NCBI GenBank assembly: GCA_047495785.1
Contig: JBLDXI010000024.1
Span: 5,208,001-5,272,000, forward strand
Length of the DNA stretch: 64,000 nucleotides
Direction: 5' to 3'
Source of the DNA: Lepidodermella squamata
Taxonomy: Eukaryota > Animalia > Gastrotricha
A program made the translations under genes and the position numbers. This document shows, one piece after another, positions 26,575 through 39,516 of the stretch. The stretch's first letter is position 1. Each line of letters starts with the position of its first letter. The notes under the pieces are model-generated. The model was not told where the DNA came from, made no database searches, and worked only from the letters and a program-made list of their open reading frames with translations.

Positions 26575-26656
26575 GTCGCTATGCCCGAGTGGTTAAGGGG
26601 TCTGACTAGAAATCAGATACGGTCTCCGCGCGTAGGTTCAAATCCTACTGGCGACG
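26575..26656 (+). tRNA. tRNA-Ser(AGA)
   Basis: GTCGCTATGCCCGAGTGGTTAAGG...TCTGA CT AGA AA TCAGA, long variable arm, GGTTCAAATCC. Confidence 0.95.
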
Positions 26657-26731
26657 ACAGTTATTTTTGCATTATAACGACTGAAACTCAGTTCTGCAGT
26701 TAGCCTCCAGAACAGTCCTCGCTTTCATCAG

Positions 26732-26788
26732 GCGTCAGCATGGTTGCCTTCCAAGCAGCCGATCCGGGTTCGACTCCCGGCTGACGCA
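26732..26788 (+). pseudogene. tRNA-Gly(TCC) lacking the D-arm (57 nt)
   Basis: Perfect acceptor stem GCGTCAG/CTGACGC, anticodon arm GTTGC CT TCC AA GCAGC, T arm CCGGG TTCGACT CCCGG. Only CATG lies between the acceptor and anticodon stems. Confidence 0.85.
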
Positions 26789-26867
26789 CACGTTTTTAGC
26801 TCACGCGTTTGAAAGAAATTGCTAGTGACGAGATTAAAGCTGTCCTTCCCAAAAGCAGCGTTCGAGA

Positions 26868-26939
26868 GGTCCCATGGTGTAGCGGTTAGCACTCTGGACT
26901 CTGAATCCAGCGACTCGAGTTCGATTCTCGATGGGACCT
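26868..26939 (+). tRNA. tRNA-Gln(CTG)
   Basis: GGTCCCATGGTGTAGCGGTTAGCAC...CTGGA CT CTG AA TCCAG...TCGAG TTCGATT CTCGA TGGGACC T. Confidence 0.95.
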
Positions 26940-27043
26940 TGATACGTTTTTTCAAACAAACTTTCAGCTCACTCACTCTCAGCTGATAGAAACTTGCGAT
27001 CGCAATATTTGTTACCATTCAAACCTTTTCTTTCACTAGCCTA

Positions 27044-27115
27044 GGGGGCATAGCTCAGTGGTAGAGCGTCTCATTCGCATTGTGAAGGTCTCGGGTTCAA
27101 TCCCCGATGCCTCCA
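27044..27115 (+). tRNA. tRNA-Ala(CGC)
   Basis: GGGGGCA/TGCCTCC acceptor stem with the G3:U70 Ala determinant; anticodon loop TT CGC AT; one T-T mismatch in the anticodon stem. Confidence 0.9.
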
Positions 27116-27205
27116 GTTGGCACTTTTTCGCGTAAATGTTGAGAAGTAACAGCCATAATACTGATGATATGAATCGGAAATAAGTCTAAGCATGCGAAAA
27201 AAGAG

Positions 27206-27289
27206 TGTCAGAAGTGGGGTTCGAACCCACGCCCTCTTTCGAGGACCAGATCTTGAGTCTGGCGCCTTAGACCGCTCGGCCATCCTGAC
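27206..27289 (-). tRNA. tRNA-Leu(CAA), intronless
   Basis: GTCAGGATGGCCGAGCGGTCTAAGGC...CCAGA CT CAA GA TCTGG, long variable arm. Confidence 0.95.
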
Positions 27290-28587
27290 TTGCCGAAATG
27301 AAAGATTTTGGTATTCAGTTGACTACGTTTGACACAACAGGGTTGGAAAAAGCGATGATTTCATCTAATAATGCTGCAATTAACCGGCCCCATCGCTATC
27401 TTTGCAGACTTCCTCATCATGTTCGCGCACCAAACAAATTTATAGCTTGAAGCCCCGAAGAAGGTGGAGTCAGGTTCAAAAAAACAAGATGTCGGTATTT
27501 CTAAACTTTATTTTCATATTTTCATTCTGCGAGATTCCGAGTGAATTCTCAGTTGCCGATATTTTGAAAACAAGAGCAGCACAAAGTTTTTGATAAACAC
27601 TATTATCATCTTCATAACATAAGCATGTGTAATACAGGCAAAACAATGTTCGTGTCATCGAATGAACAGAACAAACGGCATCAAATCACCTCAACAAATA
27701 GTAATAGCAATATTCTCTTTTTCTGGTAATCAAGCTCGCAAGTTTCGCAAGTAATACTGTGGTCCGTAGACTGGTTTTGAAGCACAAATATCAAGATAGC
27801 TCCTATAATGTTATGCGACGTTTCTCCTCACAGGCAACAATTCGATTTATTGAGCCAATAATCGGCAATAAATTAGACGGCGAAGTAATAATATCAACAT
27901 GCAACACGCGTAACATCTCAACAAGATGGGTCGAATTATTTCAAAACAGCAGCTCATATTGTAAAATGATTTTGGTCGACTGGAGAAGAAGCACTATCGC
28001 AATTGCGACCCGGCATAACGCACCGAAGCGAAATTCCACAATCAATCATAAAGCAGCGCCATTTTTTAGTCTTACTACGAAGGATGCGAACTGGGAAGAG
28101 TATTTCAACATAGGTACATCAACATTGGAGCAGGTAAAATTTGATATCGTAAATAAATGGTGGTAAAACAGGAAAGCCGTTTAATTTGTGTTACATGTAG
28201 TGTTTTGTTATTGATGTTGTTATCACGAAAGAACGTCGAGACTTGAATATATCTCAGCAAATCCACAGCAAGCTATTTCGTATGTAAATAGTGTTTGTTT
28301 ATATCATCTCTCAAGCGCAGGGTGGTTTCCAGTTTAATACGCGATTCATCTAACTGGTTAACACATCTGGCTGCAGATCGGGTTTTCCGTCGATATACAC
28401 ATTTATCGCAGGGATCAGCAGCGCGGACCAATCTGTTATACGAGGGTTGATCTCAGCAGCAAAGGACAACGAGGGGGAAAAAAATAAAATATTGAGAGAT
28501 TTCTCTGTTGATTATGCCGGTTGATTATATCAGATTTTGTGTGTTGTGTTTTGAGTGGGAAGCATGGATGATCTGACGTATATGTAA

Positions 28588-31500
28588 TCAGCTGTAGAAC
28601 AGGTGAGTGGCGAGAATGTCGCCCGTCGACAGCGTCTGACACGCCATGTCGACGCGCTGCCCGTCCGAATGCACGAAAGGCAGTGCCACTCGCGCCTCCG
28701 CCTCGCTCAGGATGACTTTGGGAGCGGGCGCGGGCGCGGCTGGAACCGTGGCAGGCACCACGGTGGGCGGCGGCACTGGCGAGGCACTCTTCGGCGATCG
28801 CGTTCCCGCGTCAGGAGCGGACTTTTTCACCTGTGAAAACAAACAAGCCATAATAATTAACTTTTTGCAGCAAATCGGAGCTCCCGGTATTTCCCTTTGA
28901 GGATGTCAATATGGAGTGGAATCTATTGGATAGCCTATAAACAGGGCTATCCAGCGATTTTCAGCCTTTTTTGATGTTACGAAGTATTTGAAGGACATTT
29001 CGAAATAAAACACCATTGCCCCAAGTCAACTTTTTCGGAGGTGGCAATTTTTAACAAAATTGAGCGACAAGCGAGAAGTGTAAAATGCTCATCTGACGTC
29101 GGCTGTTAATGTTACCAAAATCGTTAACTTTTTGAACAGAAACAGGTGCTTGTTTTTATGAAAACTCAGTAGAATCTCATGATGCCATGGTGCCAAGCCA
29201 AGTCATAACCCATTATTTTCGAGTTCTCACGCTATGATAAAATTGTCCAAAAGTCGGAAATAACGATGAAAACCGCCTTCTTGTTTGCAAGTCCAGTGGT
29301 CAGTTTTACAAGATAATAAACTGTATTTACTCTTTATCGCACAAACTCGTGGGCTGCCCTACATTTTTGGCACTTGGTAACAACATTTCATATCGCAGCA
29401 TATGAAACCCCGTGAGCGGCGCTATGCAAACAACGTAAAAGCTGACCCCAAAAATTGAGCCACCCTGCTATCAGTATTTTGGACGCAATACAAAGACGAA
29501 CAAACGACTGTTGGCAATGAAATGAAAGGGTGGACGGTGGACAGTGTCTTGAAAATTCTGAATCTTGTGATGTGTGTACCTGATGGGGCTGATTTGAAGA
29601 CGGCGGCGGCGGTGGTGATGGGGCCTTCGCCTCTGGGTCTACAACGAGGTAGCCCTGGTCGGCGTAGAGCTGGCCCAACAGCGGCAGCCGCGAGCGCACG
29701 CCCTCGGGCAGGCCGAGCGGCACTCGCAAATTCGACATGTTCAACTCGTCGCTGTTCAACAGCGAATCGCCGCCGAGGCACGAGTCCAGGAAGTCGTCAT
29801 TGAACGAGTCCGACAGCACCAGGTCGTTCGAGCAGTCCCAGTCGAGCTCGTCGATCACCGACGGCTCGCGGGCCATCAGCATCGCCAGGTCTGCGTCCGC
29901 GCCGTCGCCGCCGCCCGACAACAGCCCGGCGTCTGCTGCGTTGAGGGTCGCCGTGGGCGTGGCGAAGGCGGCGTCCGGCGGCGGGCGGCCGTCCTCGCGC
30001 CACACGCACGTCGCCCGCCACTTGGCGCGGGACGACGGCGGCGCGAGCACGGCGTTGAAGGCCACGAACTGGCCGGGCGCGAACAGCGTGCGCAGGTCGT
30101 CGTACTGCGGCTCGCGCGGGAAGATCGACCGGTCGAAGAACACGTGCTCGTGTTTGCCCAAATCAATGGTGCCTGTAATAAAAAAGAAACACATTAATAA
30201 ACAATTCGCTCGATGGTGTTCAAAAAATCGAAGTTAACAAAATTAGCTACGATCGCAGAATTTCAACATAATATCAGATGGAGAACAAATACAATCCAAA
30301 TTTAATCAAACATCAAAACACTTAACATTCTTATACTGTGATAGAACGCGAAATTATTTCGGTCATATAGATTTTTATAAAACTTGATGCGGAAAAATGG
30401 ACAAAAACATGAAAACAAATTCATGATGTGGCCATTTATCATCGGAAAGTCAATGGATAAAACATTCTCGTTCATTCAATTCATTTGGTTCCCATGCTCC
30501 GTATTACTAATTCTACGGGTTGGTTGCAAATAATGGTCTAATTCATCGCGATAAATTTCGAAATATTCAAGCGTTTAAGATTTTTAAGACAAAACGATAC
30601 TAAGGCCTACGACCTTATTGATATACGAATAAGGTCGAAACCGGGACGTGGAACTATTTCGAGTCTTTGTAGCCAAAACGAAAGTATATAAGGTAGTTTA
30701 ATTGAATCTGCCATTTCACTGTCACGCAAGTTTCAATGACTGGTTCTGGTTGGAAAATTCGCAAAAGTTAGAGAAAATCTTGTTAAAAAAATTAGCGCAT
30801 TTATTCTTCCGATGTTTCGGTTATTTGCTATAAACATGTTCAGGGATTAGTTCAGAAAACTTATAATACAGTTGGAGAAAATAACTTGGCAAATCCATTT
30901 TTTCAAATGTGCAACTAGGCGGAATTCGCAATTATGTGATTCGATGAAATAAAATAAAAAAATTGGCTTCCAAATCAATGACAATCGTTAGAGATTTGAA
31001 CTACGGGGAATTAATCACAGCCTACTTGAAGAACCTATTTCGGAATCTACTTTTGGGAATTCCCCTAATTTTCTAGAGATCAAATTTTTCGAATTCAAAC
31101 CAAAATTTAAATAAAAATATTTGAAAATTGACATACCCCATAGTTTGGCAAGGTGGAAAATGCGCGCCCGTCGCTGATGCAACGCGCGAACAGCCGGGCG
31201 TGACGCCGCCGTAGCCGTCGAGCCGGGCCGCGAGCCGACAGGCGCATCGACAATCAAAAAGTTGAGCCTCGCATCGCGCCTCACGCGCACCACGTCCTCG
31301 GTGTCGATTTCGAAAATCTGCGGGTACGAGTGCACAAACTGCTCGAGTTCGTACTTGGACCGGCCGATCGTGTCTCGAATCGCATCTGGCGCCTGCGAGA
31401 AGAACCCCGTCAGGTTGTGAAAACGAACCGGCCCGCGTCTCTCCACAATTTGTTTCACGAACATGAGGGCCCGATGCTCGGCCGGCGTCAATTTCACGAC

Positions 31501-33031
31501 CACGCAACGAGATGATTGCTGGCTCAGGCCGTCGTTCGACCCCGTCAGAGATATCGACCCTATCGACCTGCGTTCGGTTGGTCCCAGGTCGGGTACCGGG
31601 CTGGTACTGCCCGTCACCGCGTCCTGCGGCGGGCCGCCGTTTTCACCGTTAGTGTTGTTATTGCTATCAGACTCTGGTCTGTCCAGCTTCAGCGAGACTT
31701 TTTGATTTTCGACTATGAAAGCTTCCGGGTGGCGGATCAGGAACTTTTTGAAGTCGGTCTGCGGGCCGACGACTTTGCGAATTTCGGGCGACGCCTGCGA
31801 CAGGTGACCGGCTAGAGAGACGATGGAAATGGACGCGCTCTCGCGTTTGAAGAACCGAGACCGGAAGTAGTCGACCGCGTCCTGCTCCACCTTGTCGAAG
31901 GGCCGCCGCAGCGCTGACAGCGACGTCGGCTTGTCGACGCCGGAAAAATCCGACGCAGCAGCTACCAAATCGCCATCTATATTTAAAATGGAAAAAATCA
32001 TTTCAAAATCTGAAAATCACAGAAATTTAGATGCATTTAATCCAAATTGAAGAACAAATGGAAAAAATTCTGATTGATTTTCAAGGAAATTTAACAACGA
32101 TTCCTAAATGTTGAATTTAAATTTAATTCTAATTTGATTTTCGGAATTTTTCCGGAAAATTGAGGCCACTTAAAATGCTCGAATTCCCAACCGGGGGATA
32201 GCGCACAAAATCTCCACTCAATTTCCAACTTAACATAAGGAAAAAGGAGAACAAAAATCCAAGAATCTCGCAAAAAATGTTCAAGTTCTTCGGAAGTATG
32301 GTTTGAGAAGTTCTTCATATTTTTTCAATGAAGGACAAAATATGGAAGAAATCGAATGTTTCAAATAACCCGAAAGACGGGCCAAATACCGGAAAACTGG
32401 AGCGATATCTAATTTATTCTGGGAAATAAAAACAACTAAAAAGACACTGATCTGATTCTCGCCAAAATGTCTCCACTGAAATAGTAATACCTTATGCGAA
32501 GGTCCATAACGAGATTGTAAATTTTTCTAAATTTGACATGAATTTTCCGACATAAATAATAATAGTTTTATTTAAACCTCTTCTAGACTGAGCGTCATTT
32601 ACCGTTTCCGGTTTTGAAGAGGGCGAAGGCAGGCAAAGAGAAATTCTTACCCACCCCCACAATTTTCCGACATAAGATTTCTTATATAACCAACAAATAT
32701 AATTTATAATCGATACAAATTCATCTAAAAATATTTAAAATTTAAAATTAAAAAATCAGGCCCATAAAATTGCATTGCCATAGCAAATTGAAATTTAAAA
32801 GTATAACTTCGATTTTCAATAAAATTTACCTATGGTGAAGAGAGACGGAAATTTGTTGAGAAAGCGCGTGAGAGCCGCTTCGGACGCTCCACCGACGGCC
32901 TGGCGCATCTCGAAGGTGAACGCCGACGAGCATAGCTCGGCGAGCAGTTCCGACAACGGGCACGCCGGGCCGCGGTTGACGACGATTTCGAGGAAGCGCA
33001 ACAGCGCCGCGTCCTGCGCTACTCCAGACAT
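28588..33031 (-). CDS. Egalitarian-related protein: 3 Egl-type winged-helix repeats, OB/cold-shock-like domain, C-terminal dynein-light-chain motif; no 3'-5' exonuclease domain (4 exons, ~625 aa)
   Basis: Exons 33031-32830, 31976-31137, 30172-29580, 28830-28588 join in frame. LLRFLE...FTFEMRQAVGG...FLNKFPSLFTIDGDLV and SLAGHLSQASPEIR resemble the Egl N-terminal repeats as I recall them. The terminus DMACQTLSTGDILATHLFYS resembles the Egl C-terminus. Confidence 0.8.
32601..32631 (+). repeat. Short interspersed repeat fragment shared with 61556-61587
   Basis: accgtttcc(gg/aa)ttttgaagagggcgaaggca at both sites, both intronic. Confidence 0.5.
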
Positions 33032-33649
33032 CGATCGCCGATAATATCACCGACCCGTCACGACCAGGCGCTCAACACCCGGTGCTACCACAGACTTGCG
33101 GCCCGTTCTGACTGAAATATCTCACTGCGATATCAAAAACACTAAAAAAATCGAATAAAAATAAAATCAAGTGAAAATTCAATTTTTTAAACGATGATTA
33201 TCTCGGATTTTTACGATCGATTTTCCGATCTGAATATCATTTACAAATAATACACACGAGTACATACGGCGCAAACACTCACTTTACACGATGACGAATA
33301 TATTAGTATTAGAAAGTCAAATAATTTCAAATTTCGCTGGTTTTTTTTTTGTTCTAAAAAGAAAAACTCATCGGTGCTTGTCATTGTTATCATCGTTGAG
33401 AACAAGAAAACAGGTAGCAAATCAACCGGATCCGACCGGTTTCACTTCGGATAGATAGAAATGGTCCTTAACATCGCAAACACAACAAACGAGCGGCGAA
33501 AAAGAAGAATTGGTTATTGCTAGAGTTGAGATCACTGAGTTCGAAAAGAGCGTTTATTTGCTGTCATAGGAAGACAAAATTCACACACACACACGTAAAG
33601 CAGGAGGTTAGTCTTTCGATTTCGATGTAACATCAAGGAAAAAAAGCAG

Positions 33650-33864
33650 TTGGCAGCGTGCCCCTAAATTGGCAAAAACCAATCATTTCTAGAACACCTA
33701 AAATTACGCATAATTTTTCATAAGGGGAAAGGTTAACAATTTTATAAAAAAAATCACCTGATGAATTTCAGAATTTTTCTCTATTTAATCGAAATCGACT
33801 ACATTTTGTTAAACCTGGCTATAATGTCTCTGAAAACTGAGCAAATTTAGGGACACGCTGCTAA
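33650..33864. mobile_element. MITE with ~24-bp TIRs
   Basis: Left ttggcagcgtgcccctaaattggc; right end reverse-complements to ttagcagcgtgtccctaaatttgc; AT-rich interior. Confidence 0.65.
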
Positions 33865-34403
33865 TAAACATCAAATGCATAGGTAAATTTCGTTGCTAAA
33901 ACGCGACATTCATAGTGCGATATTATATAGATGAGGCGGCGGCGACGGCGTGACTCTCATAAAATTACCCGCTTGACATACCTAAAATACCTGCAGAAAG
34001 CCGATTAATTACGAGGTGGGCGAAAACGTGAGTGGAATTGGAATGCGGGCCATTTTTCATTCACGCTTGAAGAACAGCGACACACACAACTTGTGTTGAG
34101 AAACGACAGACAAAAAATCAAGACTAGAAACGCAATTAACGTTTCCGATTTCACTCGTAAATACAGCCGCGATTTTTCATCTCACAAAAACAGAAATAAT
34201 AATTATAATAACGACGACAATTTAGCCATTAGTTGCAGTAGTAGTTGCGTAAATACTGACATGAATAAATACACACATGTAAGTATATACAAAATGAAAA
34301 CGGCACAAGGATCCGCAACACGTAAGACTCGAGTAGTCGTGGTGCTTTTTGAAAACAAAGCAGTCGCTATTACGGTGACTAATTACAGCGCTTCCGTTGT
34401 TGT

Positions 34404-37400
34404 TCAGGCAACGGGCGTTGTCGAGTCCACGCCACCGCCGTTGCTGTTGTTGTTATTGTTGTTGTTATTTTTCGACTCTTCTGCTTCGGCTTTGCGGCTA
34501 CTGTGACTACGGCTGCGACTTCGGCCGCACGGCCACCAGCGTGAAGCGCGCAGCTCGGCGACGACCATGCGGCCGACGCCGAGCGTCGAGACGATGCAGC
34601 AGCCGACGAGGAAGTGGAACACGTACGCCCAGCCGAGCGCCTGTTCGATGAGCGGGATCGCGATCTGGCCCAACGCCGCGCCCGCGCTCCCCGTCCCGTC
34701 GATGATGCCGCTGTTTTTGTTTGATGAAAGAGCGCAAATAATCAACGAAACAGTAGCCTCAAATTGCCTAGATCTATTAGGGCGGTTGTTTGCAATACGA
34801 TTTATCATTCACTTATCGGCCGGAAATTAGAATCATGATATATCTAACTTTTTTACGCTACAGAAGCCGTACGACATGAAAATATGGTCAAATACGACAT
34901 GATCGTTAAAAACTGGAATTTATTACAGTATTGCATTCCAATTTAGGAAAAAATTATTTTAAATGAATCGAAATTAAAATTGAGCATCCCTAAACCCTAA
35001 ACCAGAATATCTTCTAGCAAAGTTTCTAGCTGCGGCATTTTTGTTCGGGAAAAATGTAAGAAAATGCTTCAAGCTTTCATTTGAATCTACTTTAGCAAAA
35101 TTAGACTATAATTTGAGCTTTCGCAATTAAAAAGGAGACATGGCGTCCCTCACTTTTGAAATTTCAACTTTTTGAAGAATTTTTCCTAAAATTGCATAAT
35201 TTGCTCGCAATTTCACAGAAGAAATAAAAAATTTACCGAAGAGAACCCGGAAATACCCAATGAAAAATCGTTGTCTAATTTTCGATATTTTACCAGGTTA
35301 GACCAAATTTTCATGTTCACACTTAATTATCAATCTCTTGGATACAATGACCCGAAAATGTTGAAATTCCACAGTAGGGAGAAGAAGAATACATATTAAT
35401 GCACATCATCAGTAAAATGGTAAAAATCTCAAGTAGAGAAAATGTCAATTTAATACATTATATTTAATAACTAATGTGGTAATTGGGCATGGGCAAAAAA
35501 TCTGGACAAATTTTGACTTGGCAAATGAACTTGTTTTGTGGTGCAAGTGGGGATAATGGGTCATACCTGACGGTGGCGAGTGCCGACCTGCTGTTGTTCA
35601 GTTGCGGGTGCCTGCCGAGATCGGCCGCGACGGCGCTGCTCAGCAGGTTCGCGACGCCGCAGATGCAGAAGCCGACGATGAACAGCATGCCGGCATTCAG
35701 CAGCTTATCGGCCGGCAGCACTATATAACAACAACGGCATAGAGTGACGAATTAGCACGGTAACATGGGTATGAGAAAAAGCTCTCGCAGGAAAAAAAAT
35801 AACACATTAAAACAACTCATCATAGCAGCTAGATTAGCTAACACATTTTCGCAGGTGCGAAAAAACACATTGCAAATATTGCAATAATATTTAGAAAATT
35901 CGTAATATGTTGAAATTAAATTAAAGAAAAAATCCCAGTATTTTTTATTCTTGAAAAGCATCGTAGAAACTCGAAAAAATAGATTGAACCAAAAACAAAT
36001 AGAACTAAATTCCAAGAAATAAAGACTACTGGATAATTTGAGAAGTTACACAATAAGGCTACCTCTTCCGTTGCAATCCTAACAGTTCAACTCGTCAATA
36101 AATCTAGAACATTTGAATGAAAAATCGATAAAACTCACTGTTGTAGATGATAAAAGCCGGAATGCCGAGTAAAAGCATAACAAATAAAACCGGAGCTCGG
36201 CGTAATCGATCCTGAATTTGTGTAAAAAAGCATATTTTCCTGGTTTTCGACAATGTTCGAGAAACAAACCGAAATAACACCACCAATTATACTGCCTAGA
36301 ATGCCACCAATATCGTACCAAGTCGATAAATTGTCCGAATCAGCTTGCGACCAATGAAATTGACGGTTGAGGTAGTAAGGCAGCCAGAAGAAGAACGCGT
36401 AATTCACCAATTTCAAACACGCATAGGCCAACGCATACTAAAATGCCATTTCCAAGTGAAATTCAACGTAAAAATCTCAGGAAATTGCTTACCATAATCA
36501 CTCCAGGTAATAAGAGAGCTTCTAAAAACCCGACAGCTCGCAATTTTGTGGGTTTCTTTCCCGTTTCTAGTTGTTCTGGTGACGACGGAGTATCGGGCGA
36601 ATCGGAACTTTGAGCTCCCTCTATCACTTCAACCATTCCAATTTCTTTCAGCAGGCTCTCGCCCGCTTTCTCTTCTTCGTCGTCCTGCGTTGGCCTCGCG
36701 ACTTCAGTTATTGCTAGAGTATTATCAGGCTCTGCTATGCCGACTTCAGCCGGTGAGACGACAAGCCCAAAGAATAAAATGATAGTAAAAGCGACCATGA
36801 TAGCCGCAGGTACCACTACGGCGATTTCGTAGCCGTAATCGACGAAACTAGCGACTAAAACTGATCCAATGATGTTTCCGACCGACGAATTCGAACTCCA
36901 GACGCCGAGAATGAAGCCACGGTTGTTCGGGAACCAGTTGCCCATTACGGCGAGAACGCACGGCCAGATTGGCCCCTGAAACATGGCGTTTAACGCCCAG
37001 AATACGATGTAATAGTAAATTGAGTAGAAACCAATCCATTCTGGAACACTGGCGAAGAGCACAACAGTCAGAGCTGCACCGGTCATGGAAGCGCATAGTA
37101 AATAACGGAGGTCGAATCGGTCACCGATAATACCACCGATGTACAGAGAAGCTGCGTAGATAATCATAAAAACAGTATCCAAGGCGCCGAGGAAGGCTTT
37201 GCATGATTTGTCATTGCTGCTAGGGAAAAACTGGTGAGCAGACCAGGTTTCCTCGGGAGCCTTCAAACGAACTGTTGCGTTTGAAAATGCGGGAGACCAT
37301 TCTTCGGAGACGAGGACTTTGACGTTGGAGAATGACTTGCGGTTAGCATGGACAAGCGCGTATGTGATGAAGGTCAGAATGAAAACAGAAACGTGAAATT

Positions 37401-37461
37401 GAGTATAACCAGACTGCTTGGGCAAGCAAGAACACTTTTTCTTTTTCAGTTCCTCTTTCAT
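34404..37461 (-). CDS. SLC37A3: Sugar phosphate exchanger 3-like MFS transporter, copy A (5 exons, ~556 aa)
   Basis: Exons 37461-36493, 36437-36270, 36211-36139, 35720-35567, 34710-34404 total 1671 nt in frame. Motifs: HANRKSFSNVK, GDRFDLR, AVMGNWF, YACLKLVNYAFFFWLP, AADLGR, GIIDGTGSAGAA. Confidence 0.92.
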
Positions 37462-38435
37462 CTCCAAACGTCTAATCAGTAAAAACAAAAATATATCGGA
37501 TGAAAATCCAATAATTATTAAAGATAGAAAAGCAGAGAGCAGAGAGATTTCATTAAGAAGCGCTGCAAGTTCTTGCCTCTGAAAAACATCTTCGTTAATC
37601 TTGAAAAAAGATTATTTTGGATAGATAGGAATTCTCTGGTTGTTGCTTTTGTGCTTTTGGGTATGAAAAATGAATAAAGCCAGCCGATTTATCACGAGTT
37701 AAGCCAATCCATAGCTTCTTTCACGTTACACGGCGCAGACTCCTCCGAGTTCCGTTTCAAATACTTTAGAAGTTTGAGGTCCTAGAGATGAATCGTTGTC
37801 ACTGCAGTTTGCTCAACATATTGAACATCACTTGAACTACGATCAAAGGTCATAGGTCAGTGGTCAGTAACTAGGGCAACTATATACTATATTATTATCG
37901 TTATTGCTGCCAAAGTAGTTAATCAGCGTTGTAGCTTGTGGCGATATCGTTAGGGAGAGTTTGTTGGTAAATTGCCTCAGGAAATGTAACAATGCGGAGT
38001 CATTAACGAGGATAACGGGTCAGAGATACAAAATCGATCCAAAGATCCGCAATCCCGCAGACCGCAAAACCGAAAAATCGAAAAACCGAAATAACACCGG
38101 TGATCAAATTTCGATCATTCATTTGTTCTTAGCTTATATTTTCAATATTTTCAAAATAAAATCAAACATTTTAGTAATTAAGTTGAGAATTCGACGATTA
38201 TGGATATGTTTCAAAAATATTTAACATAATACTTTGTCGCAGTAAAACTTCAAGCGTTGCCATGGTTACGAGTTTAGCGTCAATTCTTCGAGACCAGGAG
38301 AAGGTGGCACCTCTTCGGACGATTCTTTATCTAGCGGTTCCATTGGCAGTGGAACTCTACTTCAGAACGGGGGCCGACCTCACCTGAACTAGACCACTAC
38401 GCCCGAAGTCCTCGCCAAAGAAGAAGAGTTGGAGA

Positions 38436-38468
38436 GAAAGATTGGTGGTTCGAGCCCACCCAGGAGCG
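38436..38468 (+). pseudogene. 3' half of a tRNA-Asn-like gene
   Basis: GAAAGATTGGTGGTTCGAGCCCACCCAGGAGCG followed by a T6 run matches the 3' half of eukaryotic tRNA-Asn(GTT). No 5' half or anticodon upstream. Confidence 0.65.
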
Positions 38469-39516
38469 CAATTTTTTATTTGCTGCCTAAGTCATAGCAG
38501 CCTGCATTGAGCTCCCTAGCTAAGCTAAGTTAAGCTTCGACTTCAGCACATGCTGACATCATCGCCATTCATGGCACAAGACCGCACTCGCTGATAGAAT
38601 TTTTTCAGAGAACTCAAAACAACCTCACCTGAGAACATGTTAAAATGCCAATGAAGATTTTTTCCCGATCGACATGCTACAGTGCCAATGCAGAATTACT
38701 CTACCCTGCAGAAATGGAAAATGAAACATGGGAAGAGGTATAAGGGCCCTTTCTTTTCTTAGAGTAAATATCAAACGATAGCTTCGCCAGCTGGTGTGCT
38801 CTCATAATACGCAATGCGAATCAGGCCGGCATGCTTGAAACCAATTTTTTCTTTCAACGCATCCATATATCCTGTCGCCCTTAGTACTTGGAAAATATCC
38901 GAGCCGAAAACCAGCGGAGAACCTCGGACCCTTTGAGAACGGCAGCCTTATGGCCACGCAGTCCGATAGTGCATCACATGACCGCATATTCCCATCCTTC
39001 GCTATCAGGCTCATCATTTTCACATTACCGTCCATCTACAAGAATTCATTGCATTTGCGAATAAAAATACGCTTTTCCTTGTAAAACGATGCCATTTATT
39101 GCACCAACCGGTGATCTGTTCATGAACATTACAGCCAACATTGATCCAAAAGTGGTAGTTTTTAACAGCAGAAGACAATCGTAAGTAATGATATGATATC
39201 AATTCAAGTACAATAAATCAATCAAACATGCAACACAAAAATCGGTTATTAAATGAATCACCGCCTTGATCATAGAAAAAACATCACAACGCCATTTGCT
39301 ATCAGCAGCAGCAACATCCGGTTCAACTGTATAAGTAACTAAATAAGTTCCTCAGTAAAAATATCGAAATTATCAGAAAAGTTTGGACTAAAAAGCAAAA
39401 TATACACCGTTTTTTCTGGTTACGGAAGTTTTCCAAAATTAATGCTGTTTTGGTTGAAGTTGGAATAGAAATAATTCGAAAATTCATCGGTACTAAAATT
39501 GATTTAGTAAAACAAG

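Noticed and set aside
26115-27283. ORFs such as MAERSKA...
   Set aside because: Translations of tRNA genes.
27759-28166. 135-aa plus-strand ORF
   Set aside because: No recognisable domain or convincing splice partners; cannot be supported or excluded.
38600-39080. Exon-like sequence between the SLC37 copies
   Set aside because: No consistent open spliced frame could be built.
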